From contig OY969425.1 in NCBI GenBank assembly GCA_963699255.1, positions 646,070-710,069 of the forward strand: 64,000 bases of DNA, written 5' to 3'. Positions 61,778-64,000 of this stretch are shown here, piece by piece. Every line of letters starts with the position of its first letter. Position 1 is the first letter of the stretch. The stretch comes from an uncultured bacterium (lineage in GTDB: Bacteria > Margulisbacteria > WOR-1 > CAVSGV01). The notes under the pieces are model-generated. The model was not told the origin of the DNA and made no database searches. It was given only the letters and a program-made list of their open reading frames with translations. Position numbers and translations under genes: made by a program.

Positions 61778-62884
61778 TTGGAGGCATGTAAAATGGGATC
61801 CGTTATTATTGGAAAAACACCAGGCTACTTAAGGGTTCGGACCGTATTTAAAGTACCGAACGGCAATGACAGCGGGGCAAATACAGCAGAGATAACCAGT
61901 GACCTATCCACAATACACTTCACAAACGATCAACCGGACAGGGTGTCTTTTTGGGAATATCTTGAAAAGTGCAGGCCGTCCCTCCAGCTGAAAGGACTTT
62001 TTTCCAGAAAGGATCCCACCGAAAGGAAAATAAAAAGGCTGCTTCATTTGCTGGGGAATAAAAATGAGGATGTTCAAAACAAGGCGGCGTGTGACTTAGG
62101 GGACCTTATTGAATCCGATATTCCCGCGGGGTTCAAGTCAAAGATTGTCAATTCCCTTATTAAAGCATTGAAAGATAATAATTGGCACAACCGGGATGGC
62201 GCGGCACTTGGACTGGAATATCTGACAACCTGTGATATCTCTTCGGAGTTAAAGGAAAAGATGGTAAACCCTCTTATTGAAGCGCTGGGGGATGAAAACG
62301 AAAGTGTCCGAAGTCACATAGCAACCGCCCTGAAAAATCTTGTTACCCACAACATCCCTCCTGAGACATCCGATATTTCCTCGGCGACAACTGATATATC
62401 CCTCGGGTCAAAAAAAACGATAATTGATCGCTTTATTAAAGCGCTGAAAAATGATAATTGGCTTATCCGGGATCTCGCGACAGATGCTTTTGGATATCTT
62501 GCCCGATACGATATTAATGTGGGATTAAAGGAAAAGATGGTCGCCCCTCTTATTGAAGCCCTGAATGATTCGGATTGGCATATCAAAAATGGCGCGGCAT
62601 ACGCCTTAGAAAATCTCTCCAGGTCCAATATATCCAAAGATTATAAGGAAAGCATGATCGATCCTCTAATTAAAACACTGAGGGATAAAAGCAACGCCGA
62701 TATCGTTCGAACCCACGCGGTATATGCCTTTGAAAATCTTGTCAGATCCGATATTTCACGAGAATCAAAGATGAAGATGGTCTATCCTCTCTTTGAAGCA
62801 TCCACGGACAGGAACAAAGATATTCAAGACAGCGCGAAACGCGCCTTAAATTATCTTGCTGAGTCCAGTATTTATGTGATTTAA
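61778..62884 (+). CDS. HEAT-repeat protein
   Basis: Repeated ~31-aa units (NWH.RDGAA.AL..L, NWLIRDLATDAFGYL, DWHIKNGAAYALENL). Confidence 0.7.
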   Translation: MEACKMGSVIIGKTPGYLRVRTVFKVPNGNDSGANTAEITSDLSTIHFTNDQPDRVSFWEYLEKCRPSLQLKGLFSRKDPTERKIKRLLHLLGNKNEDVQNKAACDLGDLIESDIPAGFKSKIVNSLIKALKDNNWHNRDGAALGLEYLTTCDISSELKEKMVNPLIEALGDENESVRSHIATALKNLVTHNIPPETSDISSATTDISLGSKKTIIDRFIKALKNDNWLIRDLATDAFGYLARYDINVGLKEKMVAPLIEALNDSDWHIKNGAAYALENLSRSNISKDYKESMIDPLIKTLRDKSNADIVRTHAVYAFENLVRSDISRESKMKMVYPLFEASTDRNKDIQDSAKRALNYLAESSIYVI

Positions 62885-62950
62885 AAGCCAATATCAGAAA
62901 CAGCGACCGTCCGCTTGAGACCGACAGCAGTAGTGTTATAATTCCTGAAA

Positions 62951-64000
62951 ATGACCCAATATAATATAGCCATAATCGGCGGCGGAATAGTCGGCAACGC
63001 AATAGCAAGAGAACTTTCCCGATATGAATTAAAGACCATCCTCATTGAAAAAGAGATCGAAGTTTCCTTCGGCACTTCAAAAGCCAATTCAGGGATAATC
63101 CACTCTGCGCTGCACGATGACATGAGGACGCTTAAGGGCAGATTGTGCCTTCAGGGGAATGCTCTCTGGGGAAAACTTTCGAAAGAACTGAGGATACCTT
63201 TCGAGAGAGTGGGAGAGATCCTTGTCGCGCGGTCAAGGGACGACATCCCTGTGCTGATAAAAATGCTGGAGAACGCGAAAGCAAACGGGATCCCGGCCGA
63301 AATGGTGGAAGGAAAGCGGCTCCATGAGCTTGAGCCGAACCTTTCCGTTGACATTAACACGGGGCTGCTCGCGCCGTCGGCGGGGGTGATACCGCCGTAC
63401 GAAATGACATATGCCCTGTATGAGAACGCGATGCAGAACGGCGTGGAATATCTTCTCGGATCAAAAGTCACGAACATAGCAAAGGAAGGGGCGGGTTATG
63501 TCATCTCCGTCGGCGGCCAGGAAATAAAATCGGATCACGTAATAAACGCGGCGGGAGTCTACGCCGACGAAGTGGCGAGATTTGTCGGCGCGAACAATTT
63601 CAGGATAAGGCCAAGAAAAGGCGAAGAGTACATCCTTGATAAGAGGCTCGACAACATCAATAACCACATAATATTCCCGACCCCCACGCCCACGTCAAAA
63701 GGGATACTGATAATAAAGACTATAGAAGGCTCCACCATGATCGGCCCCACCGCGGAAGACACAGATGACAGGGAAGACACATCCACGACTCCGGCGGGCT
63801 TGATGAAGATCCTTGATTTTGTCCGGACAATGATCAACGACATCCCGAAAAAGGACATAATCGCGTCATTCGCGGGGATACGCCCCGTTTCCGACACGAA
63901 CGACTTCGTAATAGAGGAATCCTCTAAATCCCCGCGCTTCATAAACGCGGCGGGGATACAATCCCCGGGATTGACGGCGGCGCCGGCGATAGCGCTGATG
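62951..64000 (+). CDS. FAD-dependent glycerol-3-phosphate dehydrogenase-family oxidoreductase (3' partial; runs off the window)
   Basis: IAIIGGGIVGNAIARELS Rossmann dinucleotide motif. DAO-family; lies downstream of glpK. Confidence 0.7.
   Translation, partial: MTQYNIAIIGGGIVGNAIARELSRYELKTILIEKEIEVSFGTSKANSGIIHSALHDDMRTLKGRLCLQGNALWGKLSKELRIPFERVGEILVARSRDDIPVLIKMLENAKANGIPAEMVEGKRLHELEPNLSVDINTGLLAPSAGVIPPYEMTYALYENAMQNGVEYLLGSKVTNIAKEGAGYVISVGGQEIKSDHVINAAGVYADEVARFVGANNFRIRPRKGEEYILDKRLDNINNHIIFPTPTPTSKGILIIKTIEGSTMIGPTAEDTDDREDTSTTPAGLMKILDFVRTMINDIPKKDIIASFAGIRPVSDTNDFVIEESSKSPRFINAAGIQSPGLTAAPAIALM

Overview
This 64 kb window is a bacterial chromosomal segment of roughly 50% GC that is densely coding, mostly on the minus strand. 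The gene content suggests an uncultivated, Firmicutes-like or candidate-phylum organism. A Bacillus-like comFC-hpf-secA-prfB synteny co-occurs with a CsaB-TagA fusion and an S8 protease carrying a T9SS-type C-terminal domain.

Core content:
- cysE-cysS and serS.
- A nusA-infB-rbfA-nrnA-truB-ligA block.
- tpiA and a class II fba, plus two phosphofructokinases (one PPi-dependent, one ATP-dependent).
- A copper-export cluster: copA, a Met-rich membrane protein, an unannotated YHS protein and a Spy/CpxP-like protein.
- A complete biotin cluster (bioB-F-D-A, with divergent bioH-like and bioC genes).
- An Rrf2-controlled cysK / COG1900 / NIL-ferredoxin operon, which matches the aspartate-semialdehyde-dependent homocysteine pathway.
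- glpK together with a FAD-dependent G3P dehydrogenase.

An accessory stretch of about 8 kb (26.2-34.7 kb) holds exported proteins of unknown function, two diverged pilin paralogs, an AT-rich island with one gene, and a previously uncatalogued family of long imperfect palindromes built from 10-nt ARGGCGATWR-like units. One copy of this palindrome flanks a four-helix-bundle gene of the 23S rRNA intervening-sequence protein family and has split an ORF6N gene. This intervening-sequence-like cassette is the most novel feature in the window.

Other recurring signals are heptanucleotide arrays (GAGATGN x4 at three loci, GAGATTR x5, TCCGAAA x4), two of them lying in-frame inside bio genes, and REP-like GGAACC palindromes after stop codons.

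Four housekeeping genes (cysS, a histidine kinase, bioF, bioC) carry single-base frameshifts, two of them in homopolymers. These are more likely assembly indels than pseudogenes. No rRNA, tRNA or CRISPR arrays were found.
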